Assembly: GCA_964016885.1 (NCBI GenBank)
Contig: OZ024751.1
Span: 21,824,001 to 21,888,000, forward strand
Reading direction: 5' to 3'
DNA length: 64,000 bases
Source: Eledone cirrhosa
Lineage: Eukaryota
Below are positions 40,351-52,836 of this stretch, piece after piece; position 1 is the first letter of the stretch; every line of letters begins with the position of its first letter. Made by a program: the position numbers and the translations under genes. Under the pieces are notes generated by a model, which saw only the letters and a program-made list of their open reading frames with translations, was not told where the DNA came from and made no database searches.

Positions 40351-40685
40351 ACCTAAACAGATTGTATTTAAATAAACGAAAGTAACTAACTGTAAGAAAT
40401 CGCTCGGGCTGTTAGAAAAGTCTGTCATATCACCCTCAAGTCACACCCTACTGTATTGGATTAATTTAGGTATAGAAACATTATATCTAAAAATAGAATG
40501 TCAGCACTTTTCACAATGTTTGTTTGATCAGAGTTGACGTGGGGCTAAATAGTAAGCCTTGTTACTATGGAGTGCCCTTAATAAAATGAAGATACACTAT
40601 ATATATATCAACCTGGTAAAAACAGCAGCAGCCGAATCTATTTCAAATTACACTAGACTGTGTATATATGGATATATATATATAT

Positions 40686-40778
40686 ATGGCTTCTACAGGA
40701 CTAGAATTGTTTCATTCGTATGAAAGCATCAGGATTCCTGATGATTTCATACAAATGACACGGTCCTGTAAAAGCCAT
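40686..40778. repeat. Near-perfect palindrome
   Basis: atggcttctacaggac...tcattcgtatgaaagcatcagga t tcctgatgatttcatacaaatga...gtcctgtaaaagccat; half copy at about 38782-38824. Confidence 0.85.
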
Positions 40779-41083
40779 TTCTATAAATGTTTACACTCTA
40801 CTAATGTATTGAGTACCTTCAACTATGGTTACCCCCGATTTTACTTGGGATCTACACACACACACAGACATATATATATATATATATATATATACATACA
40901 TACATACATACACAAACATATATATTAAAAGGCTTGGAAGAAAATTTTTTTTAGCGTAGTCATGGCTGGAACGCCGTCGATCATATGATCCGCTCAAATC
41001 AGGTTTGACTCGGAAGGTGAAAGGTACAAATAATAACACAATCGTATATAAATAAAATATTTTAATTTTTATTTTACACTTAC

Positions 41084-41245
41084 CTCAGGGGGTAATGCCG
41101 CTGTAGCTGTTAAATTAGTTGTGGTAGCAGCCATAGCGGCTGAAGATGATGATGTTATTGATGATGATGATAGTGGAAGTGGTGGTGTAACTATAGGGGT
41201 ACTGGACAAAGCAGCAACCATGGTGCATGTGTTGGTCGCCATCAT
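41084..41245 (-). CDS. CSTF3: CstF-77 coding exon 1 (MMATNTCTMVAALSSTPIVTPPLPLSSSSITSSSSAAMAATTTNLTATAALPPE)
   Basis: 162-nt open frame from ATG at 41245 to a consensus donor GAG|gtaagt, phase 0, in frame with exon 2; lies just downstream of a CpG-rich promoter. Low-complexity sequence, so assigned by position and phase rather than homology. Confidence 0.8.
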
Positions 41246-41889
41246 GTTAACGTGTTTATTGTTGAATATACAACATACACCCGGTTTGTATTGAAATAAT
41301 CGATCAACAAGGTTGCTTCTTTCCTTAGTGTATAAATATATATGTGTGTATGTGTAGGAGTGTAAGAAAGAAAGAAAACTATTTTATATAAATATGTTTG
41401 TTAGTGTGATGTATGTAAACGAATTTAAAGATAGTGTATGGTGATATCTCGTCTATTTGAATATACAGCTAAAATTCTAAATAATCAGCAAAATACTTAA
41501 ATAAAAGGAAGTTGACTAAGGAGGGGAAGGGGAGGAAAGAGAAAGCTTTCCTTTAAAAAAAAAACGGGGACAAGGAACAAAGGAAAATTTAAAGTATTAT
41601 ATGTATTTTAAATATACATATATTATTAGAGAGAGAAAAACATAAAGAAAGAGATGAGGCGAGAATTATCTGTGTCTTTGTTTTGCTTTTTTTTCTATAA
41701 TTCCTACGAGAAACTAAATATAGGCTTACTTACTGATCATGTTTGAAGATAGATAATTACTTTAGGGAAGGGGTTGCTGCTTTGTTTTAAAATAAATTTA
41801 AAGAGTGAATAAAGAGAAAAGAACGTGTGCGCTTTCTTTCTATATATTTTTCGTTTGGTTAACCTTTGCTTCAGAATCTATAGATAATT

Positions 41890-42030
41890 AATAGTCATCT
41901 CCGGTCATGAGTGAAATAGAAAAGATGATGAGGAAAAAGCAAATAACTTCCAAAAAAAAAATAGTCACCGGATAATCTTGTTCATGCGCATGCGTCTTAC
42001 AATCATTTACCGGATGTTAGTGATGTATTC
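41890..42030 (-). promoter_or_regulatory. Putative CSTF3 promoter with NRF1-type and ETS-type motifs
   Basis: TGCGCATGCG at 41985-41994 and ACCGGATGT at 42009-42017 in a CpG-retaining region about 750 bp upstream of the start codon. Confidence 0.6.
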
Positions 42031-42954
42031 GTTTTCCGTTAATTTATTTAGTCTTTCTATTATAATTCAATTCACATATAGAGTACTTTATAGGAATATA
42101 TTAAAATCAACATTTAACTATTTTTTTTTTATTTTATCAACTACTAAAAGTATGTAAGGCAAAGTTGGATATGGACGTAAAGGGCCGCAACTAATACTGC
42201 CAAAGTACTTTTTTCTTTGACGCTCTCCTGTTTCTGTCAATCGTTATTTAGCACCGATTAATCAAATCTACCCTAAACTGGGCGATCCTGCTTTGGTGGG
42301 AGTGTCTAAGACTATATTATCTATTGCATCCTATCCTTTTCTTTTTAAAGAATAGTAGGGAATGGTTTGAGAATTATTTGGCTGCTATTTCTAACATGTT
42401 GAGCGACAGCGAATAGGTAACGCTGCATTTAATTTAGAATGGGAAGGTTTCGCTTTTCACCAAAACAATTCCACTCTTTACTTTCAGTTTGTCAACTGCA
42501 TACGATAGCTTTCACGTCATTTTTTTTTTAATTTGAAGATTACAATATTGTTTCTGGTTCTAATGATTGCTTGGAGACTCTGTATTTATTGTAAATGAGC
42601 GTCAAGCGAAGAAAATTGTTGGGGGTGCAAAATTATAAGACGTTAAATCAAAAGTGAGTCAGTTCAGGACATATGGGCTCTCTCGTCGTTGTTTAGCCCC
42701 AGGTTAACTTTGATGAAGCAATCTAATTGCGACCATTTTGTCTTTTTAATGGCATGTGAAACTACATTATGTCATGTTTTTAAGACAGTAGGGTATAATT
42801 TGAGAGAGATGTAGCTGCTATTTTTAGCAGGTCGAGTGTCCACAAAATCTCTTGCATATGGTGGACAGATTTTTTTTTATATTACACGTGTACCTGTTGT
42901 CTAACTTTTTTTTTTTAGCTACTTGGAACTGATCTTTGCTACCCCCATCTTCCA

Positions 42955-43986
42955 AATTGTCGTCTTTCATGCGCATCACGTGACCGTACCAACGTAGCCT
43001 TCTCTCGAGTAAACAACATCTGATCCCTCTTATTTCTAATTTTTTCCTTAGTTCGTTTATGCTTAGCCGTTCACGCATATTACTATTGCACATCCAGCGG
43101 AGCATGCAAGCTTCGTTCCTCTCTAGTCTGCGTATATCCTCTGCACACAATGCCCAGGTCTCACTGCCATGCAGCATTGCTGTTCGTATAACCTACCTTT
43201 CATTTTTAGGGAGAACCCTTTAGCGGCCAATAGTGGTATAAGCTCTCTGAACTTTTTCCATCCAGTTCTGACTCTAGCTACTGTACTTTCAGAGCACCCT
43301 CCCCCACTGCTGATTTTGTCACCCAGGTAACGGAAGCTGTCCACTATTTCTATACAACCCTCTGCGCAATTGAAAGAGCTAGTATTTTGTGGGCACTTGC
43401 TGCTACTTATTGCACCAAAGCACCGGCCACATGTAAAATCTATGTCCTTAGTTAGCTTACCTGTGATCCCACTACATCTTTTATGCACCCATACTTTGCA
43501 TTTGGGACATAAAATGAAGTTTCTACCTACGCCTTTCCTACACACTGAGCATGGGCATTTCCCGGAAGGGACCGCCGCCTTATTTTCTTTCCTACAAACT
43601 AGAACTTTAGTCTTAGCCATGTTAATTTTAAGGCCTTTTGATTCTAGGCCGTGCTTCCATGTTTGGAATTTCTTCTCTAGTTCGGTCATTGATTCAGCTA
43701 TGAGCGTTAGATCATCTGCGTATAGGAGTTCCCATGGGCAGCCGGTCTTGAACTCCTCTGTTATAGCCTGAAGGGCAATAATAAATAGTAGGGGGCTAAG
43801 AACAGAGCCCTGATGGACACCAACTTTTACGCTAAACTCTTCACTATATTCGTTGTTAATTCTAACCTTGCTGACTGTTTCTTTATACATGGCTTGTATA
43901 GCTCTCACAAGCCATTCGTCAACACCTAGTTTTCTAAGAGCCCACCAGATAATGGAACGGGGGACTCTGTCAAAGGCTTTCTCCAA
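42955..43986 (-). mobile_element. RTE-clade LINE fragment: RT domain with PHD-like Cys/His finger, frameshifted
   Basis: ORF 43123..43986 (EKAFDRVPR, GVHQGSVLSPLLF, LLYADD, FRYLG) continues in another frame as LHGSETW...RRLRWYGHVMRM. Confidence 0.93.
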
Positions 43987-44301
43987 GTAAACAGAATAAT
44001 ACCAGAAAAAAGAGGAGACACAGAGAAGAACAAATATAAATTGAATAGGTCACAGAATGTGTGACAAAAGGGCTTTGACAAAATAACCAGTAACTAATAA
44101 TAATAAAGCTGAAGAGCAAGTCAAATAGTGTGTTTTTATTGGCAAAATGACCACCCCCTAATATATGTTTCAACATACAATTTCACATCAAGAATCTTGC
44201 AAAATATAAATGTATTGAACACACGTGTTTTTACTAAACAATTATTTTCAATTCCTTCCTCTTCTCACTTTCTATCTATTTCATCTTTTATTTCTCATTC
44301 T

Positions 44302-44340
44302 ATATTTTGAAGAAGGATTAGTGTCCGAAACGTAAAGACT
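44302..44340 (+). ncRNA. Degenerate minimal hammerhead motif
   Basis: TTGAAGA a gga ttagtg tcc GAAA cg TA aaga; core C3 changed to T; same family as 60352-60387. Confidence 0.45.
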
Positions 44341-44439
44341 CCTTTTGTACAATATCAAGCATTAAACTAATATATTTCTCCATTGTACTGTAGTGGTGTT
44401 TTTTTGTTGTTTCCATTTACTTTCTGTATATATATATAT

Positions 44440-45279
44440 ATCATCCTCATCATCATCATCTTCGTTTAATGTCCATTTTCCACGCTAGCATGGGTTAGAC
44501 GGGAGTTGTCCCACTTGAGGTAAGGTTGGTCGGGTGACCGTGTCTCGGTCATATAGGACTATCTGGCAGGTTTTCTACGGCTGGATACCCTTCCTAACAC
44601 CAACCACATTTACATGTGGAACTTTTTACCATGTTACCTACGCGACCACATTACAGCGTGGACTGTGTGTGTGTTTTTTTCTCATGACACCTACACAATC
44701 TCGATCTCATTATCTCATTTATTTGGACTGGATGTTGTGGTACCAACTTTACAGTGAGAGGTTGGTGGGAGTGGGAGGATAGGGTAGGGGTAGTGGATTG
44801 GGGTGTATATTTGGTTTAAGAGGTGCCTACTGACTGTAGGTTTCGCTTTGTACATAGGCAAGGCGGGTCTTCTGTATTACTGCGTAGCGCCAAAAATCTC
44901 GATCCAGTGACATTGTCTTAGAGAAGTGCAAGTGTGTAAAGTTGGAATTTATCAGATCGTCCCAGGTTTTTCTGGGTCTACCTACTCCGTAACTATCATC
45001 AAGTTTGATCGCCCTGCACTTTTTTATACAGCTGTCGTCTTTCATGCGCATCACGTGGCCATACCAACGTAGTCTTCTCTCAAGTAAACAGCATCTGATC
45101 CCTCTTATTCCTAATTTCTCACTTAGTTCATTTATGCTTTGCCGTTCACGTACATTACTATTACACATCCAACAGAGCATGCATGCTTCGTTCCTTTCCA
45201 GTCTGTGCAGGTCCTCTGCACGTAATGCCCATGACTCACTGCTATGTAGCATTGCTGTTCGTATACAAGCATCATACAA
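44440..45279 (-). mobile_element. RTE LINE 3' end with 3' UTR and (GAT)n tail
   Basis: ORF 44827..45279 (RRLRWYGHVMRM, GRPRKTW) closely similar to 42955-43200; ends in tggacattaaacgaagatgatgatg. Confidence 0.9.
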
Positions 45280-45287
45280 TAATTATA

Positions 45288-45459
45288 TATATATTATTTA
45301 TCTTCATACCCGGAACAAAAAGTGCTACCTAAGGTTTCAAAGTCCAATTATGACCATCTCCCCAGATTGTGCATGGTAATACAGAGTGGAAGAGCAATCA
45401 AATTTGAAACCTTAGGTACCGCTTTTTATTACATGTATGAACATAAGTAAATAATATAT
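45288..45459. repeat. Inverted repeat / MITE
   Basis: About 55-bp arms including aaaaagtgctacctaaggtttcaaa / tttgaaaccttaggtaccgcttttt. Confidence 0.75.
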
Positions 45460-48400
45460 GAGCACTCATACTAGATTAAGCACTTTTTCTTTTTCATTTT
45501 TCACATACACTACATACACATATACAGTTTAATTGCTCTCATAAATTCTTCCTGGTTTTGTCAGATATTCTAAAATACCTAGCAAGTAACTATATTTCTT
45601 TAAAAGGAACTTTGCATTTTCACATAAATATTTCTAAAAGAATTATTATGAAGTAAATTATTCACTTGTTTTGAACAATACAAGAATTTACAAGAGCAAT
45701 CAAACCAAATGTAATGGCTACGTGAGATATTTGAGTTTTCTATAAAAGTTTTATCATAGAAATTATTTCTTAAGATGTCTTTCTTCTTGACCAGCCTAAC
45801 CTGAAAACCAACATACTCTATTATGTGAGTGTAACAATTGCAAAATCAGAAATATGTATAAAATGCAAAGAATTTATATAATGTTTATAATTTATTTACA
45901 AAAGTAACAAATCAATAAAAAAAAGTTAGAAAAAAGAAGGAAAAAGAAAGAAGACATGTACACTCAGTTACACACTAGTCACCTATAAACATTTCTTAAG
46001 CAAGCCAAGAAACACACACCCTTACTGCAGGTGATAGTGAGGCTAAGACGCTGGAATAGCCAAGTGCCCTGATGAGTATCACTTAATACTTCAGTAAGAT
46101 GAGCTGCCAACGTCGTCAAAAACTTTGTTGTCAGTTGCCCAGTTCCCCTGGAAAATCTTGAAATACTACAGGCTGAAAAATATAGTCTACCAATAAATAA
46201 CAGTATTTCAGTAGTTAAGTCTGTTCAGCAATGGGAGCAGTGATCAACAAGGGTTGGCTGAAAAGTTCATAGGCTGACCAAGATACTCTCATGGAATGAC
46301 CAAATGAGGTTTATTTTTCAACATAGTTCCTAGAAAGAAACAATGCAGTTATTAAGAAGAGTTGAAATTAATGCATACAAGATTTCACAGCCCTAGCATC
46401 ACTCTGCAAGGGCAAAGTATAAGACTATCAGCCCCCTCTTCCAATTAAAGTTGGACAATCTGACTGTAGTAATGTAGCTCATGAGGGGGGGGGGGCAGTC
46501 TACATCAGGCAACACTCTTGGGTCTGTTATATAAGCCTATGTAATATGTTTTGTCTTTTTTTTTGAGAGTGAGGTGGGAGCAGACAGCAAACTTAGGGAC
46601 TGCCCTGTGTGGGACACACTAACTACACTACTGTCAGGCTGTCTCCAGGATTTGAGAAATATTGAGTCTAGCAAAAGGTCCATTTTAAGATTAGGTTTTA
46701 TGCAGTATGGCTAGAGATGTGAGTGGCATTTAGTTGACATGAAAACTCAACAAAGACATTCCCACCCTACAAGCTGGAATCAAGAGGATTGCCACATCAA
46801 CATTTCATTCCCACTCCACCACCACCACCAATAAGCCACCAATATTTACCATTGGCAAAACATCAACTCAATCAGCTGAAAATTTACCACTTACAGAAAG
46901 TAAACACTTTGAATATTTATTAAATTAATCAAGAAGTGAGTCATCATCATCATCATTTAATGACCGTCTTCTCTGCTAGCAAGGGTTGGACTGGTCTTCA
47001 CAAACTAAGTCAGTACTCAAGCAGAGTTACTGACCTCTCAGATGGGTTGAGGCCCTAATTCTCACTTAGATATATTATCATGCTCTACCGTGCATTTTAT
47101 CGTGGCACCAGCAGTAGGGAGATTGTAATGTCTTTGACACAGCTGCCAGTCAAAGAGTTAGGACTTTTAGATTGGCAAATTTTCTCTGGCTGGATGCTCC
47201 TCCTAGCACCAATCACTTTACAAAGTGTACTGGGTGCATTCATCGTGTAGATCACCAACACTAGAGGTTGCCATACCAATTATACAACTGAAGAGTCCTC
47301 TCGACCCTTTTGGTATATCTACAGTGGAATGCCTTTCTTAGAGTCAATCACCTTGCAGGGTGTACTTGTGGTTGAGATTTTCTAGAAATAGTAGCCAAAT
47401 ATCCCCCAAATCACATTATAGCAGACATGGCAAACATAAAATTAAAAAAATTAGTTGTAATGAGCGCAATTAGTTGTGTGTGGCCCTCGGGGGACACTCA
47501 GTTTGACATGCATGCATTAGGAGGTATATAGAGAACTGGACATAAAAAAAAAATGAGGAAATAATTAATATTAAAAGAAAAGGTCCCGCTGTATCAAAAG
47601 CAAAATAATTATGCAACTTCCAAAGGTTTGGATATATCTATCTACCTGACTTAACAGAAGGGCTTTACATTTGGTAATAAATACTGAGAATTATTGGAAA
47701 ACTATTCTTTCCAGCCAGTGACGTTCGAGGGAGCTGGGCCACTGACAACGAAGTTCTTACCGTCGTTTGCAGGCTCCTCTTACCGACGTTTATGGTGATG
47801 CCCGCGGGGATGCTTGGTTATTCCAGCATCTTAGTCTTGCTGTTATCCGCGGTAATACTACGACCGTTTGTTGGCTCGTCTCAAAAATAATTTTGATGTG
47901 ATATATGATTGAATGTGCGGGATCCCCCCCCCCCCCCACCTAGAATGTTGTTCAATAAAATGTACAGAAAAAGAGAGCAGTATTGGAAAGGACTATAAAT
48001 GCCATAGATGAGAAGAAAAGAGCAAGGACTAGTAGGAAACGGAAGGAAGAATGGGGGAAGGGGAAAGGGTGACAGATTCTACACTTAAGCCAGAGTGGTG
48101 TTTCAGCTGCACATCGCACACAAAATTGCAAAGGCATTTCCGTGGATATTAACCAGTTATAATTATAAAGACAAAAACATATGACAGTAGTAAAAGCATA
48201 TTGGAAAATGTGAGTGTATACAGAAAAAGTATAAAATTAAAGTTGGTAGACGGCTTTTCGATTTTGTTGATGCCTTATAATAACTAACACTCACGTTTTA
48301 CGCATGTGTGTCAATAATTGCGTCTTACACTTTTGATGTAAACAGAGACGAAGAGTGTCGTAAAACTTAACACACCACTTCCTTTTCACCTCCTTCGACA

Positions 48401-49589
48401 TCTAATTTTTGAAATCAACTTCCTCGAGTATATAAATCTATGTTTGTAATGTACAGTTTATATTTTATTTAATGCACTCATATTTACGAAATCGACATAA
48501 AGCTTATTTTTATTTTACAGTGACGTCATTTTTAACGATTAGTTTAAAATATGGAATATGTCATATGCGATCTTTTCGCGTAGCTATAGTTTCATTTTAT
48601 TTGGTTACACAAGTATATTCTCCATCTGTAACGGAAAGTATTACTAGACTTTTACTAATTCCCTAGCACTCTGCTTGTTATTTAATATTAATAATTGTTA
48701 TGGTAGTAATAGTATTTGCAACGAATATATTAAAAACATATATATAAAATGAACTAATAAGTATGAATATTTACTTTCTTTTTTTTCTCTCCTACATATT
48801 ATTTGTCTATGAATATATGTATGTTGGTACCCATCTTTTCCCGTTCAGTATGTTTATACGCCTCGTTATCATTAGACTATTTTATTTAGTTTAAAAAAAG
48901 TTACTTCGAAGTTTCTATTTCAATTTTCAAACTGCGTTTGCTACTTTCTAAACATACTGCCTATAGTTGTATATATTTTAGAAATATATTTACATGCTTA
49001 AAATACATTTAGTAATTGCTGCGGAAATGATATGATGTCTGCACAATCCCAAATTATGGCAACTCACGTGTTTGACATGAACGAGACCGGTTTGGAGCTA
49101 CTGGATAGTAATTTACATAATTTTGTGTAGCTCGTCACGTGTTTCGGAGTAGGTAGGATAGTTCTTACTAATAGATAAGAACGAAAGCGGATGCGAATAC
49201 ACTCACATGTATGTGATGCCATAATAAATTCTTGCTGCCATTGTTACCAAATTTTCGTGGGAGAATATAAAAACTAGTTTCACCGTTGCCATTCCGCCAC
49301 AATCCTCTTTCTGCGTAGATATGTATAGTTATTTATTACATTACGGTAATAGTGTTATAAGGTATCTCTATAGCCATTCAAGGAATATAAAACGCACCAC
49401 CTGTTGACTATAACGCCTCACCGCATATATCTGCTTTCTTCCTAAGAGAACTCAACAGATATATACACTGAATAGATTTATATGCAATATAACTAGGACA
49501 TTAAAAAAAATAGTTTTAAAAATATGTATAACAATGGATGATGGGGCGAATACTTAGCTACATAATTCAATGTAAGCTGCATCTAACCC

Positions 49590-49762
49590 CCACTTATTCT
49601 TGAGAGGGTCGTGGGGGAAGAGTCCTTAAACACTCCTTCCAGTGGATGCTGTCAGAATCAACCATCTCCAATTGATCCGGCTGGATCCCCAAGCGGGACC
49701 AACCAAGCTCATTGATGTTATCCAACCATCTTGTTCTGGGTCCCGTCAGTTGGTTTTGCCCG
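49590..49762 (-). mobile_element. RTE LINE 3' fragment
   Basis: GPRTRWLDNI...W..CLRTLPPRPS. Confidence 0.7.
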
Positions 49763-52700
49763 TAAAATCTAAAAAGTGAATTAAAAATAAACACAACTAT
49801 CAGTTTAAGAATTAGAGCAATCGAAGAACAGGAGTTCTATTGTTAAGTAGCTTAGCTCTATCGATAATAATCCCAACTGAAAATCCATCTGGTTTATATA
49901 TTGGATGTTTTGTTCATCCAGCTCTAAAAGTTTTCTCTCTCAAGCCCTAAAATTCGGCAAAATGTCTGCCACTATAACAGAAACCAAACAACCATATTGA
50001 TACGCCATATTTATAAAAATCTCCGATTTGTAATTATTTAAAATTTACACACACATACATAGTGTATTTCCCATTTCAGTAATGTTGCTACAATAGGAAA
50101 TAATCTTTCTAATCACAAGTTCCTGAATTTTAACCCAACATCTGTTTCTGTAAATTGTTATTTCTCTAAAGTTACTCATACATTTATGTCAGTAATCAAC
50201 ATAATCTATAGAATTCTTCTTATGCAAACCATTAATATATTGAAACGCAAATTTCCCAATTTGTATGATTGTTCATATATCCGGTAATCCTACTATATAT
50301 GGCATACCAATTCTGGTCTCCAAAAATGTCATACGTCCAACACTATTATCATTGACAGCACTGATTTACTCGTAATTAACATAATTAGGAACACTACACA
50401 ATGTTATTTTATGACGAATCTTACTGAGCCAAGATGCATGGTAACAAGTTCTTCTTCACACATAATAGCATTGAAATATCAGAACTCGTTGGTCTTTTCT
50501 CCCTAAACAAACTCAGAAATAGAGTAGAAGAAGCAAATATATGATTATATAGAGATCAGTTCAATCGTCTTTCCTTCGGTCATACTAATTTTCATTATTC
50601 ATTACAGAATAATTTTTTTTCGTAATCGTTTTGAGTGTTTATGCTAAACTGTTCGACTTTACCTTTCATCCTTTCGAGATCGATAAAAAAACAGTACCAG
50701 TCAAGTACTGAGGTCGATTTTCCCTCTATATCTCTTCCTCATTTCCCATCACCTTTTCTGGAAGAAATCGGCTGTGTTCAAATCGGGAGAGGAGATGGTT
50801 TAATAAGCCCTGGGAGTTATGTGACCTAAGAGAAGAGTGCTAAAATAATTTGAAATCTTTGATACCAGAAAAATGAAAAAAGAAAGAAAGCCTACAATGG
50901 CTTTACATAATCTAGCTTACCATAATAACATGATAGGTTTGTTTATTTATGGAAATATATAAAGTATTTACATTCCAAACACTCCACAGAGAGAGGATTT
51001 TGGAAGAAAAAGAGCTGGCTTAGCCTCGCGGTAATGCCGTTAGTATCTTGATTTGATTTTTAAATGGTTAGACGTCAGCCCTGGCATTCCATGTTCTGTT
51101 TGAGTGTGCATGTTTCCTGTAGGTTTTAAACAATAACTTTTCGCTTCTTTCAGGCCCTTTTATTTATTTTATTCCTTTTGCAAATTAAATATTATATATT
51201 TTAATACGCAGCATTTGCTTGTTAAATAAAATAATGCGTTTATATATCTAAAAAAAAAGGGTTGGGGGCTAAGAATAATCAGCATAAAAAACGTCTCGGT
51301 GTGTTAGAAGCAAATAGTTCAACTTTCAAGGGCTTCCACTTATATTTATTGACATAACAGACGAGACTGTTAATTTGACTTCAGTTCAAAGCAAATATGA
51401 TAATAAATGAATAAAAAGGCAAAACATACATATAAACAACACTCACACAATATGTATAAAGCTTTAATGGTTAAACTCCATTGAAAACAATAGTAATTGT
51501 AAAACATGTTGAAAAACGTGAGTGTATGAAGTATATGGAAAACGTATAAAAATTAAGGTTGGGAGCACGCCTTTCAGTTCTGTTGACATAAAAACATTGA
51601 CCTTGTAGTAACAATCACGTTTCACGCACGTGTTTCAGCAACTGCGTCTGCGTTTTATTGACCGAGAAAGATACGAGATTGTATGCAAAACTAATGAATT
51701 TAATTTTTTAAACACGCTTATACCTGTACTTTGTTATTTGTTTCAAATGATAAACTTTGAAGTATGGTTATTTTATTATTATATAAGTCTGTGTATGTCT
51801 ATGTAATGTTTATATTTTATATCTTATGCAAGCAATATTTACGAACATATCAACGTACAGCTAATTTCTATTTCATAGTGACGTCATTTTTGAAAGATTA
51901 GTATAAAACGTGGAATGTTGTTTGTTAAACGCTCTTTTCGCGTAATTTTAAGTTGCTTTTTTTAAATTTTCGCATGATAAATGGAAGAAACGTGTTCATG
52001 ATGGTTCGTACGCTGCAATAACAATTACGAAGAAGAGGAATACTGTTTTCTACCTAATGTGTTATGAATCGGAAGAATTTCTTTATATATGTAAACGAAA
52101 AACCACCATCCCTTCCTTCCACTACTCATCTAAGTAACTCATACCTCATACAAACTGTCGGTCCTTCCTCCCTCCTTCTCTAAATAATTCATACATCATA
52201 CCACTCATTTCACATACCTCTTGCGGAGAGACTGAAGCAGTGTGAGAGAGAAAAGGTGAGGTGAGATAGAGGAATGGTAGCTTGACGAGCGAGGTGAGAG
52301 TGAGAAACAGGTATGGAGAAGATAGAAAGAGGGGGAGTAACAGTTGTTTTCTGTTTGTTTCTGTCTATCTATCTGTTTGTCTCTCTTTATCTTTTTATCT
52401 ATCTATTATATATCATCATCATCATTTAACGTCCATTTTTCACACCCTTCCCACCTTCGCCCCCAGTTCATACTGTAAAGTGGTCGTGATGGTGACACGA
52501 CAAAAAGCACATAGTCCACACTGTAAGGTGGTTTGTGTAGGTGTCACGACAAAAAGCACTCAGTACTCACTGTAAATGTGGCTGTCGTTATGGCATCCAG
52601 CCGTAGAAACCAAGTCAAAATCGGTTCTGTATGAGCAAGATATGGTCATCTGACTTCGACTTGCCTCAAACAGGACAACCCGTTTAACCTATGTTAGCGT

Positions 52701-52836
52701 GGAAATGGACGTTCGACAGTGATAGTGATGTAATTGACACATTGGTAAATTATATATATATATATATATATATTTGGGGAGGGTCATATTTGCGTAATAT
52801 TGCCAGAATTAATAACAGAACACACTCACTGTTTGG

